Virus record (IMG/VR): IMGVR_UViG_3300028027_000060
Location: 6,062-70,061 of that record
Source of the DNA: a virus
DNA length: 64,000 nt
Reading direction: 5' to 3' (one strand)
The notes beneath the pieces are model-generated. The model was not told the DNA's origin, ran no database searches, and saw nothing but the letters and a program-made list of their open reading frames with translations. A program made the translations under genes and the position numbers. The first letter of the stretch is position 1, and every line of letters starts with the position of its first letter. Shown piece by piece: positions 7,545 through 16,650 of the stretch.

Positions 7545-9320
7545 TTAGTTTGTAAATGTTGAGAACCTTGTCTTTGGGTACGTCCAAAGGCTCCAATTAA
7601 TAGTGTTTGTAAGCAAGCCCTTTCTGCTCCATACGGTCTGCCCCGCGCTGCTGTCCACGTTAGTTCCTCCCATGTAAAACACGTCCTGACTAGCCCCAGG
7701 CACGAGCGTAAATATAGCCCGTGTCGCTGCCCCCGTATTCTTTGACACGTTACTCCTTGGGACAATGCTGTTCCACGCCCTAAGCGTCAGACTTGTGTTA
7801 ATCTTGTAAACTATGCTAGCCTCCGCAACCAGCCCTATGTCACAGCCCCCAGCGGTTGACGTCTGTTGGTAATAAAGGGTGTTACACGTCCAACCCGCCG
7901 TGCCTAAGTATTTGTGGGCGTTAGTTGTCGAGAACCCATCGAAACTGAGTGTACCTATAACAAAAGGCGCAGAATCGTTTATGGTTATGGCCGACAGCGT
8001 TGTAAGGATCGTACCTCCACTGCTATGATACACGGTCTCGACTGGTATGCCGCCAGATCCAAAGCCATTCACCGTAGCACCCAGCAATCTAAATCCGAAA
8101 CCGGTGGTGACAAGTGAACCTGCCGTGTACGTTATGGAGTTAGACCTTATGCCAACAAAACTTGTCAGCGTTATTGTTCCCGTTGTGTTTATAACAATTG
8201 GGGTTCCAGATCCAAAGTTTGTTGATGCACTTGATAGCGTTAAGCTCTCAGACCAGCTACCTGTCCCCTGTAACCTTATTATGGTTGTTGACGCGCTTGT
8301 AATGTATCCGTTAAGCGCAAAGCTCTTGTTTGCGTATAGAGTACTCCCCGTCAACAAAACAGCGGACTTTGTACCAGAGGTTGTCGTTACAGACAAGTCA
8401 TTTACCACGCATATTGGGCTTGAAAATGTGCAGTTGTTGGGGGCTGTGGCGGCGGCTGTTTTTAACGAAAGGTTGCTAAAGTTTACGCCCGTAGTACTTG
8501 TCGTTGTAGCCGATGGCGACGTGCTGCCGTTTATGTTTACGGTGTAGGCTGTGCCAGACTGGCTAAAGTTTAGGTGAAACGTGCCTGTGCAAGTCACGGT
8601 TCCTGCAACATAAGTAAACGCGCTAGTTGCCTGAGTTCCGTAACCTCCCCAACTTGCGCCATCCGCTAAAGTGACGGTGTTTCCTGGGGCATTGATGGTT
8701 AGGTTTACCCCAACAGATGCAGCGTTTGCAGTGTAAGTTGAATTACCAGCAAGCACTATGGTGGAAAGGGCTGCCGTTGAGTTAAGTACAGAGTTTTGCG
8801 CCACACCTGCGTTTATCGTAAGGTTGGCATTGCACGTCAAACTAAATGATCCTCCTAAAGTTAAGCTACTAGCGCCCGTGCCTATAATAACATTTCCAGA
8901 GACAACCCAATTGCTCGCCAGCGTGATGGTGCTGTTTGTGGCAACCGTTATCGTGTTTATGCTAAAGGCGTTTGGCCACGTCTTGCCATTACTTGTAAGG
9001 GTTGTTATCCCGTTAGCCCTCGTTATCAAGGCGCTAGTTCCCGCCACAACAAACGATGGAGACGCCGAAAGCGTGACCGAATGGTTTGCGCTAGCGGCAC
9101 TCGAACTGCCAACGGTTATAGTGTTGTTCATGGTTATGGTGTTGGCATAACCAGTGAAGTTTAGATTACGACAAACACCAGCCACGTTAACAGTACAGGC
9201 AGGAGATGCCGCGTCAAATATCGCATCAGTTCCAGCCAGCGTTGCGCTTGGTAGAACTCCCGTGTCCCAATTAGTGGCAGTTCCCCAGTTAGAATTTGTT
9301 GTACCTCTCCAAATTGGCAT
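7545..9320 (-). CDS. beta-solenoid adhesin-like receptor-binding/tail protein
   Basis: WRG..NSNW.TATNW N-terminus; T/S/G/A-rich beta repeats. Confidence 0.65.
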   Translation of the reverse strand: MPIWRGTTNSNWGTATNWDTGVLPSATLAGTDAIFDAASPACTVNVAGVCRNLNFTGYANTITMNNTITVGSSSAASANHSVTLSASPSFVVAGTSALITRANGITTLTSNGKTWPNAFSINTITVATNSTITLASNWVVSGNVIIGTGASSLTLGGSFSLTCNANLTINAGVAQNSVLNSTAALSTIVLAGNSTYTANAASVGVNLTINAPGNTVTLADGASWGGYGTQATSAFTYVAGTVTCTGTFHLNFSQSGTAYTVNINGSTSPSATTTSTTGVNFSNLSLKTAAATAPNNCTFSSPICVVNDLSVTTTSGTKSAVLLTGSTLYANKSFALNGYITSASTTIIRLQGTGSWSESLTLSSASTNFGSGTPIVINTTGTITLTSFVGIRSNSITYTAGSLVTTGFGFRLLGATVNGFGSGGIPVETVYHSSGGTILTTLSAITINDSAPFVIGTLSFDGFSTTNAHKYLGTAGWTCNTLYYQQTSTAGGCDIGLVAEASIVYKINTSLTLRAWNSIVPRSNVSKNTGAATRAIFTLVPGASQDVFYMGGTNVDSSAGQTVWSRKGLLTNTINWSLWTYPKTRFSTFTN

Positions 9321-9322
9321 AG

Positions 9323-9559
9323 TTACAGATTTTCAATTAACACATCAATCTTCTGTTGGGCTAATATTTTTTCCCTCTCGGTTACAATCCTGTTCTCAAT
9401 ATTGGCATCTATCTCCTCCACCGTCTCTGGGCGAAAGTGGTACACGTTAGTTTCCACGGTAGCCGTGATGTCTCCCGTGAACTCAATTGTGATGTCGGTA
9501 ATAAGCAGGTCGTCCTGGCGATACTTGTTTGTAATCGTAAATGATGATGTAATTGCCAT
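9323..9559 (-). CDS. small acidic protein, possible fibre chaperone
   Basis: Position within the fibre cluster. Confidence 0.6.
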   Translation of the reverse strand: MAITSSFTITNKYRQDDLLITDITIEFTGDITATVETNVYHFRPETVEEIDANIENRIVTEREKILAQQKIDVLIENL

Positions 9560-9564
9560 TTCTA

Positions 9565-10302
9565 TTATGTTCTAGTTACTGTTAATTGAACGACTGCCCA
9601 AGACACTGTGGTTGCAGAGTCTACGTTGAATGCCAGCATATCGTTGGCCGCAATTGCTGTAGACGTCCAACCTGTCGGGGCCGCTGAGTTTGTCTGAGCG
9701 GTGCTTAAAAGAGGTTTGTTTCCACCGCCGCCAATCAAAGATACGGTAGGTATAGTTCCAGACGTAGCCCTGAAGATGTCAAACTGAATACTGCCGACCG
9801 CGTTTGCTATAACCCTCCAACTTGTTATTGTACAGGCGTATGGTATCTGAACGTAACCCTTTACCCCGATTGTGATTGTCCCGCCCGATCCGTCAACCGT
9901 CGCGCCGATCGACTGTGTTGAGCTAGACGCAATCGTCCAAGATCTATCCGCCGATAGGTCATAACTTGTCCCGTTGATTGTTAAAGTTCTAGTAGACGGA
10001 ACCTTGCCAATAAAATCTAAGTACTGAGCTGCCGTGATTACGCCAGGCCGTCCACCGTCCGCATAAGGAATGTAAATGGTATGGTTGCCACCAATTGTGT
10101 TTATCGTAGGTGTCGACTCGCCCGTGCCGCCAAACTGAATAAAAAACTCTTGTACCGGCTCGGTTGCTGCGTTAATGGTTGTAACCGCGTTGTTTGCAAC
10201 GTAATCCCTTACAGCGCTCTGAGACGGAACAACGATGTCGCTATCAAGCGACATGGTTGGGTCTGTGTCTATGGGTAATCCCCTTGTAAATCCTTGTGCC
10301 AT
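9565..10302 (-). CDS. tail fibre-associated structural protein
   Basis: VPSQSAV, RTLTING..YDLSADRSW and PYACTITSW motifs typical of fibre modules. Confidence 0.65.
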   Translation of the reverse strand: MAQGFTRGLPIDTDPTMSLDSDIVVPSQSAVRDYVANNAVTTINAATEPVQEFFIQFGGTGESTPTINTIGGNHTIYIPYADGGRPGVITAAQYLDFIGKVPSTRTLTINGTSYDLSADRSWTIASSSTQSIGATVDGSGGTITIGVKGYVQIPYACTITSWRVIANAVGSIQFDIFRATSGTIPTVSLIGGGGNKPLLSTAQTNSAAPTGWTSTAIAANDMLAFNVDSATTVSWAVVQLTVTRT

Positions 10303-10303
10303 G

Positions 10304-11557
10304 TTATCTGCTTATTTCTTCCCAGTCCATTGATGCGAGAACGTCACCGCCTGCATTATTGGTAGCTACCACAACAGTGAGTTCGTATGGGGTTGAAGTT
10401 AATCCGTTTCTTTCAAGCTGTGTCTTAAAGAGCGCCTCCTTGAGTATGTCAACCTGGGTTGATCCCTGGTTTGATACGCTAAAGTAACCGCTTGCAAGTA
10501 TTCTTCCACTACCTGTAGAAAAACTAGTACCTGTTATGTTGTAATCTACAGAAGACCCCCCTGGCGAAGGCAACCAACTACCCCCCGTTGTGGTTCCGCT
10601 TGCTATTACCTGCCAGTTATAATCTCCCGCACTAGTGGCTATTACAGAAATTGCGGTTGATATTACTATGGCATCTAGTCGATCAGGAGATGTTTTAAGG
10701 CGTATACTTACTATAGGGTAAAATGTACCCGCTACCGCTAAATTTATTGGAGCAGTTACAGGAATGCCGATTGCTTGTTGTAGTCCGTTGAGTTGATATC
10801 CTCCTTCAGATAATACAGTAGAGCATATCTGCTTCAGTGTGCTTGCTCCGCTTGTGGCTCCCGTGTTTGTTACCTCATACCTCAATGGCAAAGATGCCGT
10901 CGTGATATACGTAGAGGTAATCAAGTTGGCGTGATGGAACTTATGGCAAACGTAGAAGTTTCCATTAATTACAAATCCCATTCTAACTGTACCTACCCCT
11001 AGCCATTCCAAGTCCATGAACAGGATCTGTGCCTTTGTTAGGTCAAGGGTGATTCCACTAGGTCCTGAGCCGTCCATCGGATCAACATTCCAGCTTGCCT
11101 GTGCAACTGGTGTGTTTACTAATGAACCTGAAACAGAAGTTCTTTCAACAAAACTTACTGTGGTATTGTTAAGTTCTAGATAATAACCATTAGCTGCTCC
11201 ATAGTATCCAACCCTTTGTCTAAGGTTAGTCTTAGCAACATTCATTACAAATGTGCTGAGTACCAACAAGCTCTTTCCAGGCTGGTAGGCAAACACTTTA
11301 GTAGTCTCCCTAACAACCTCAGACCCCGATGCTGCGGTTACAGCCAGGTCTACCAATCCTTGAGCAGAGTTAAACGTGGCCGTACCGCCTGTTGCAGTAC
11401 TCGTTGACCACAGCTTGTTATCGTCAAACCTGTGGCTTGAGTCGAAGAGTGTAAACGGGTTGCTTACCCTAAGTCTTCCGAAGGCGTCTATGTTAGGAGT
11501 ATTTGCAAACGAAATCTCGCTACTAATTATGTTGTATGATGAGTATCCCTGTGCCAT
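10304..11557 (-). CDS. virion structural protein (DAFGRLRVSNPFTLFDS family)
   Basis: DAFGRLRVS, YQPGKS, EWLGVG and C-terminal DWEEI motifs of a family widespread in aquatic phages. Confidence 0.7.
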   Translation of the reverse strand: MAQGYSSYNIISSEISFANTPNIDAFGRLRVSNPFTLFDSSHRFDDNKLWSTSTATGGTATFNSAQGLVDLAVTAASGSEVVRETTKVFAYQPGKSLLVLSTFVMNVAKTNLRQRVGYYGAANGYYLELNNTTVSFVERTSVSGSLVNTPVAQASWNVDPMDGSGPSGITLDLTKAQILFMDLEWLGVGTVRMGFVINGNFYVCHKFHHANLITSTYITTASLPLRYEVTNTGATSGASTLKQICSTVLSEGGYQLNGLQQAIGIPVTAPINLAVAGTFYPIVSIRLKTSPDRLDAIVISTAISVIATSAGDYNWQVIASGTTTGGSWLPSPGGSSVDYNITGTSFSTGSGRILASGYFSVSNQGSTQVDILKEALFKTQLERNGLTSTPYELTVVVATNNAGGDVLASMDWEEISR

Positions 11558-11558
11558 G

Positions 11559-11888
11559 TTAGCTTATTTCAGATCCGTAAAGTTGAAAAGATAAGTTTGT
11601 GTTGGACGCATAAACCCTTACAACGTCCGTGGTCGCTAAGGTAATACCTACCGTCGCAATAAAGGTATCGTTTGATCCTATTTGAAGATCGTAGTAAATA
11701 TAGTCCTTATTCGTTGTTGCAGCACCCGCCGCAGACACGCTCACTCGGAACGATGCCGTAGACGTGCCTCGATTTGCTACAATCAATGAACTCCCAACAG
11801 CCGATGTGGCCGCTGGGACGGTGTATAAATTCGTTGGCGTAGTTGCCGCTGGGCTTGACTGCCCTAATATTTTATAAGTAGTTGCCAT
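11559..11888 (-). CDS. small virion protein (YK.LGQ..P.ATT family)
   Basis: Typical partner of fibres ending L(L/M)LMGA. Confidence 0.7.
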   Translation of the reverse strand: MATTYKILGQSSPAATTPTNLYTVPAATSAVGSSLIVANRGTSTASFRVSVSAAGAATTNKDYIYYDLQIGSNDTFIATVGITLATTDVVRVYASNTNLSFQLYGSEIS

Positions 11889-11899
11889 ATTTTATTTTA

Positions 11900-14800
11900 T
11901 TATGCTCCCATTAACATTAGTATCGCCTCAAGCCCTACGCTCGATGCTGTTGCCGTACCCCACTCGGCCTCTCCCGTTGTTGGATTTACCAACTTTAATA
12001 CATCTCCAGCAGCCTTGGTTGCGTATAGCGGAGTCTTGATTTGAATCTCTGTAGATTTAGTCGTTATTGAAGTCGTAGCGCCACCAGAGGCTGTGCCTGT
12101 CATGGTAACGGCTCCACTAGCAGTCAAGGTGTCTACCAGTATGCTTGCTACCGACCCAGACGACCCAGTTGAAGTCATCTGACTATACCCCGTTGTGTTA
12201 ACGTCTACCTTGTAGTTGTTATCAAACGTCAAATTAAATCCACCGCCATCTATAGTATTGCTTGCGGTCAACACGGGGTCTTGGGTAATCACGTCCTGAA
12301 GGCCAGGCGTTGTGCCGCTCGGAGCTACAATCCATTTCAAGCCTGTAGCTTCCGCGCTGTCCGCAGAGAGGATGTAACCGTTTGTACCTACAGGAAGTCT
12401 TGCATCTGCCGTGTCGTATGTGTAAAGGTCGCCCTTAGTTGTGAGGGGGGATGACCCCGTGCCTCCGCTTCCAACAAATACGTTACCTGCATTATCTACA
12501 TTCAACACGCCTACAGAAGAGCCAGAAGAACTAGCAAATGCGGTTGACGTAATGTATGCATTGAGTTTAAGTTGACCAGAGGATGCGATTTCCATCCTCG
12601 TATTATCAATGTTGTTTTCTACAACGCTTACATGATATTTAGCATCTTGACTGGCGTTAGTAGGATCCGTAAATGAATAACTTATTCTACCCGCGATTAT
12701 ACCGCTTGATCCGTTAGTGCTGTTTCCATTGTAAAATGCTATAGAATTTTTTATTCCAGCGGATGCAGCAGAGGATGATATTTTTGAAAGTTTTAATACA
12801 TCATCATTACCCGAAGAGCTTCCTGTTTTAGTAGCATCTATAGCGGCTATTGATGGACTATTAGATACCGTTGTAATAGCACTTAATCCGTTACTAGCAT
12901 ATGAACGAACAACTATTCCTTGAGCGCTTGTTGACGTTACGTCGACACCTGTTCCATTAACCGTGTTACATAGAATACCATATGGACCTCCAATAGCGGT
13001 GATTTTTAACACCCCTCCAAATGAGGTTGCATCTATTCCAGACTGAAGCGATAAGGCATATGCTTGGTTTGACCCTGTATAAGTATTTACTATTCTTAAT
13101 GGAGCCGATGAAGTCGTTCCGTTAGCTATACCAGACAATAACAATTGTTTATCGCCTGTATTTATAAATCTATTAGCTGTAAAATCAGATGTTCCAGAAA
13201 GGGTCTCAGCACCCAATTGAAAATTATAAGTCGGATTTTGAATAAGACCATTATTAGCCGTATAAACAGGAAGTGTTTGAAGATTTCCTGTTCCGTCAAG
13301 ATATTGCGTAGATAAACCGCCAAGAGAAACACCAATTGTCCCATTGGCCGTAAGCGGAGAGTTTGTTACCGTAAACGCTGTAGGCATTGTAAGGCCAACA
13401 GATGTAAGACCTCCCCCGCCTCCGCCGCTTGCCGCAATCGTGAAGTTCGGATATGCACCCGTAATGGTCACGTTAGATCCTGCCGTCAACGAAACTACTT
13501 GATCGGGAGCCGAGTTGGTAATCGTAAAGTTTGGATACGTTCCGCTTGTCGATATGCCTGTTCCAGCAGTAAGCGAAACAATTTGATCAGGCGCCGTGTT
13601 GGTTATTGTAATTACAGGGGTTGTCGTCGGGTTGGCAACGCTTGCGGAAATACCCGTACCAGCAGTAACGCCAACAGAGATTACCGTCCCCGTGCCAGCC
13701 GTGGCCTTCCACACCTTGCCCGTGTTGTCCACGCCGATAAAGTAGGCGAGGGTCGTGCTGATGTTTGTAGTACCGTCAGAAAATGTAGACGTCGCATACT
13801 CAGGCAACTCAAGCTGCCCCTTGCCTTGCACCACCAACTTGTCGGCACGAGATCCGCCGTCGAACAGTTCTATCTTGAACTTGGACTGCTCGTCACCCTG
13901 CGTGTAACTCGTGACCTCCGTGGTCAAACGACCGCCGATGAAGTAATCTGGAGAAACACCGTCGTTGATGAACTCATAGTCAATGGATGTGGCGGCGAGC
14001 GATGGCTCACCCTGATACTTCAAACGAAGCATTGCTATTCTGTCATCCAATGGGCCTCCTGCCGGGAGGTTGCCCTCCATCCTGAGTTCGAGCAGCGGCT
14101 GGAAAAGATCCACGTCGCCCACAACCTCAACCGACGGGTTTGGCCTAAAGCCTGACCCGTAGTCCTGGAACGTGGCAACGCCGCCTATGCCCAGGTTAGC
14201 CACCCCAAAAGGAAACTGAGTGTCCTGGGCGGCAGTGCCCGCAACAGAGAACTGGTACTGGTTAAGCCCGTCCGTGGTGGTTATGGTCGTGTCTTCTATA
14301 AGCGTTCCGCCCAGGTGAAACACGTAATCGCTTGCTGGATCCTCCTGCGTGTGCAAGCCATTGGCTACAGTGTAGGCAGGAAACGTGGCGAGTTCGCCAA
14401 GGCCGTTAATGTACTCGGTAACCAAGCCATCCACGGTAACGGTAAACGTGCCGTTGCTTGTCAACGGGTTCGGGTCGCTAACCGTAAAGGCTGGTGGCAT
14501 CACAAGCTCAATAGAGCTTATAGTCCCCGTACCTGCCTCGGTGTATTCGACATGTCCGCCCGCATCCAGCGCGAGAACCATGCCCGTGGTAGCGGATGCG
14601 TAAAGCGGCGTGATTATGTCAACATATCCGCCAGTTACAAAAACCCGCTGAGCGCCAGCATTAAGCGAAGCACCGTCTGCATCAGTCTCAACAGAGCCAC
14701 CAGCAGAGTTAATAACGAAAGAAGCGTTATTGTCAAAAGTAAAGTTGTAACCCGCGCCATCTACCGTATTGTCCTTATCAAGGGTTGAGTTAATATCCAA

Positions 14801-15469
14801 CGTATCCTGCCACCCCTGAACCAATGAGCCACCAACGCTTGTAAAGTCTACACAGAACTGAGTACCCTCAACAAACGGAACACCGTTAGCGTTGAGTTCT
14901 ATAGCATCGAACTTGCAGTATGTGCCGTTGTCTACAAAGTTTGACAACTGAACTACCACGTATACCGTAGGGTCTGTCTTGCTAAACACAAACACCCACG
15001 ACCCGTCTTGTACAATTGGGAAGAACCCTGTGAAGTCCTGGTTGTTGCCTGTTACATAATTAAACAGAATAGAACTCCCATCATATTGAAACCTTCCCAA
15101 GGTCATAACGTCACCTGCCGTATACTGTATCGAGCATTCGGGCATTGTGTCCCCGCACTCGCAGCACCCCTTGAAGATGCTGGTAACCAGCAACTTGTAG
15201 ATGTCCGTGGTCTTCTTCTGTATGACCGCTGGGGCGTCCTTGAGACCCAAAACAGCGAATGCATTGCCGCCAACGTCCGTGATCGTGTACACCGTAAAGC
15301 TAAACGCCTCACCCCCCACCTGGGAGATGGTGATGGTGTCGTAACGGTATGAGATGTAGGTAGGACTCTGCGGCAGGATCTGACTCATGCTGCGGATGTA
15401 CGTCGTGTCGTCAAGGAATGACACCACGTCGTTGTTCTCTACCTGTACTTTGGATATTATTTGACTCAT
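11900..15469 (-). CDS. mosaic long tail fibre
   Basis: AGTGIS..GTYPNFTITN.APDQ repeats, TTKGDL..RLPVG.NG..L.ADS module, C-terminus LMLMGA. Confidence 0.8.
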   Translation of the reverse strand: MSQIISKVQVENNDVVSFLDDTTYIRSMSQILPQSPTYISYRYDTITISQVGGEAFSFTVYTITDVGGNAFAVLGLKDAPAVIQKKTTDIYKLLVTSIFKGCCECGDTMPECSIQYTAGDVMTLGRFQYDGSSILFNYVTGNNQDFTGFFPIVQDGSWVFVFSKTDPTVYVVVQLSNFVDNGTYCKFDAIELNANGVPFVEGTQFCVDFTSVGGSLVQGWQDTLDINSTLDKDNTVDGAGYNFTFDNNASFVINSAGGSVETDADGASLNAGAQRVFVTGGYVDIITPLYASATTGMVLALDAGGHVEYTEAGTGTISSIELVMPPAFTVSDPNPLTSNGTFTVTVDGLVTEYINGLGELATFPAYTVANGLHTQEDPASDYVFHLGGTLIEDTTITTTDGLNQYQFSVAGTAAQDTQFPFGVANLGIGGVATFQDYGSGFRPNPSVEVVGDVDLFQPLLELRMEGNLPAGGPLDDRIAMLRLKYQGEPSLAATSIDYEFINDGVSPDYFIGGRLTTEVTSYTQGDEQSKFKIELFDGGSRADKLVVQGKGQLELPEYATSTFSDGTTNISTTLAYFIGVDNTGKVWKATAGTGTVISVGVTAGTGISASVANPTTTPVITITNTAPDQIVSLTAGTGISTSGTYPNFTITNSAPDQVVSLTAGSNVTITGAYPNFTIAASGGGGGGLTSVGLTMPTAFTVTNSPLTANGTIGVSLGGLSTQYLDGTGNLQTLPVYTANNGLIQNPTYNFQLGAETLSGTSDFTANRFINTGDKQLLLSGIANGTTSSAPLRIVNTYTGSNQAYALSLQSGIDATSFGGVLKITAIGGPYGILCNTVNGTGVDVTSTSAQGIVVRSYASNGLSAITTVSNSPSIAAIDATKTGSSSGNDDVLKLSKISSSAASAGIKNSIAFYNGNSTNGSSGIIAGRISYSFTDPTNASQDAKYHVSVVENNIDNTRMEIASSGQLKLNAYITSTAFASSSGSSVGVLNVDNAGNVFVGSGGTGSSPLTTKGDLYTYDTADARLPVGTNGYILSADSAEATGLKWIVAPSGTTPGLQDVITQDPVLTASNTIDGGGFNLTFDNNYKVDVNTTGYSQMTSTGSSGSVASILVDTLTASGAVTMTGTASGGATTSITTKSTEIQIKTPLYATKAAGDVLKLVNPTTGEAEWGTATASSVGLEAILMLMGA

Positions 15470-16116
15470 TGCTTACACTCTTCTTCTGTGGCGAAGGTAC
15501 AAAATTCGTCGAGACTTTTGTACATTTTCGCATACTTAGAAGAGGGAAACTTTTCGCGCCACTCCATCTTGACCCGCGCCCACTCTGGACCCGTCCGTAC
15601 AGGCTGCGCCCGCCTTTCTTCCCTGGCGCCCGAAAAGATAAAATCGATGACCGACTTCTTGCTTGGACGGCCGCCATTCTTGCGCTTGCTCTCTATCATG
15701 ACCTTCACATCGCCGAGCTTTTCGTGGTTCGCATCTTCGAGCAGTTCCACCAGCTGGCGCAGGGAAACGCAGCCGTCTAGCTTGCCACGGGTTATCGTAA
15801 CCTTCTCACGAACGATTGGATCGCTGTCAAGGAACTTGATATCAAACCCAAGTTCACGCATAGCGAAGGTAAGGGAGAGAATGTCCGCCTTGAGCTGCGC
15901 GGTTCCCCTGTTGGGAACTGAGGGGTAGATGGCGAAGTGTATCGCTGTGTGCTTGTCATCGTCTATCCATATTGATGTGCCGCTTATGGCGTAGTCACCA
16001 TCGCCACGGTCCACCATGAGGTGCGCCTCTGGGAACTTGTCCTTCAGTTCGCTAATTAATAGTCTATATTCACCTAATTCATGCGGTGTAGGGTCCGCCA
16101 GTTTCAATTCAATCAT
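15466..16116 (-). CDS. hypothetical protein
   Basis: Own promoter at 16133-16140; ATGA-coupled to the fibre gene. Confidence 0.7.
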   Translation of the reverse strand: MIELKLADPTPHELGEYRLLISELKDKFPEAHLMVDRGDGDYAISGTSIWIDDDKHTAIHFAIYPSVPNRGTAQLKADILSLTFAMRELGFDIKFLDSDPIVREKVTITRGKLDGCVSLRQLVELLEDANHEKLGDVKVMIESKRKNGGRPSKKSVIDFIFSGAREERRAQPVRTGPEWARVKMEWREKFPSSKYAKMYKSLDEFCTFATEEECKQ

Positions 16117-16132
16117 AACTTCGTTTGTCGTG

Positions 16133-16140
16133 CAAATATA
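16133..16140 (-). promoter_or_regulatory. -7 promoter element TATATTTG
   Basis: TAnnTTTG consensus. Confidence 0.65.
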
Positions 16141-16144
16141 AACG

Positions 16145-16233
16145 AAAACCCCCAGCCATTGCCAGGGGTTTCCTTAATCATCTTTAAATCACTAAACCTA
16201 AAACTATAATCACTATAAACACACACATAAAAT
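16145..16233 (-). ncRNA. candidate GU-rich small RNA
   Basis: Promoter variant TATATTCG (16239-16246), about 60 nt of G/U-rich body, terminator hairpin 16145-16171; no credible ORF. Confidence 0.45.
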
Positions 16234-16297
16234 CGGGGCGAATATATACGCAGATCTTGCATACGCCAAATTATTTTGCATTAATTAAGATTTGTTG

Positions 16298-16305
16298 TAT
16301 ATTTG
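16298..16305 (+). promoter_or_regulatory. -7 promoter element TATATTTG
   Basis: Consensus with upstream TTGC; no downstream ORF. Confidence 0.65.
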
Positions 16306-16309
16306 CGGT

Positions 16310-16385
16310 GCAAGTTCGCGTACAATCTGTACAGTCGGGAGACGAGAACTTTGAGGGCGGGCTGATCACCGCCCTCTATGTTTTC
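16310..16385 (+). ncRNA. candidate structured small RNA
   Basis: AAGTTC/GAACTT stem enclosing GTACA/TGTAC and GTC/GAC hairpins, then GAGGGCGG/CCGCCCTC hairpin and a T-rich tail. Confidence 0.45.
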
Positions 16386-16419
16386 TAGAAGGTATACAAA
16401 AAAATAGTCGGGAAAACTC

Positions 16420-16629
16420 TTACTTAGTGCGCTTGGCCTTGGACTTCTTGTAGTGGCCGTAAAGGATTACAACAGAAACGGTGCAGGCTAACAATAGGGA
16501 CGAGATTCTGAACAGCCATTCGGTCTGCTCTTGCCATGAAACAACTGCGGCAAATGTTGTTAATAAAACCGAAGCCGCCCCATCTACATACCCGTGACCT
16601 GTCATATCCGTGTGATTAATGTCTTGCAT
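16420..16629 (-). CDS. small 2-TM holin-like membrane protein
   Basis: Two hydrophobic segments, basic C-terminus; promoter TATATTTG at 16638-16645. Confidence 0.6.
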   Translation of the reverse strand: MQDINHTDMTGHGYVDGAASVLLTTFAAVVSWQEQTEWLFRISSLLLACTVSVVILYGHYKKSKAKRTK

Positions 16630-16650
16630 TGTCCCTACAAATATAGATTA

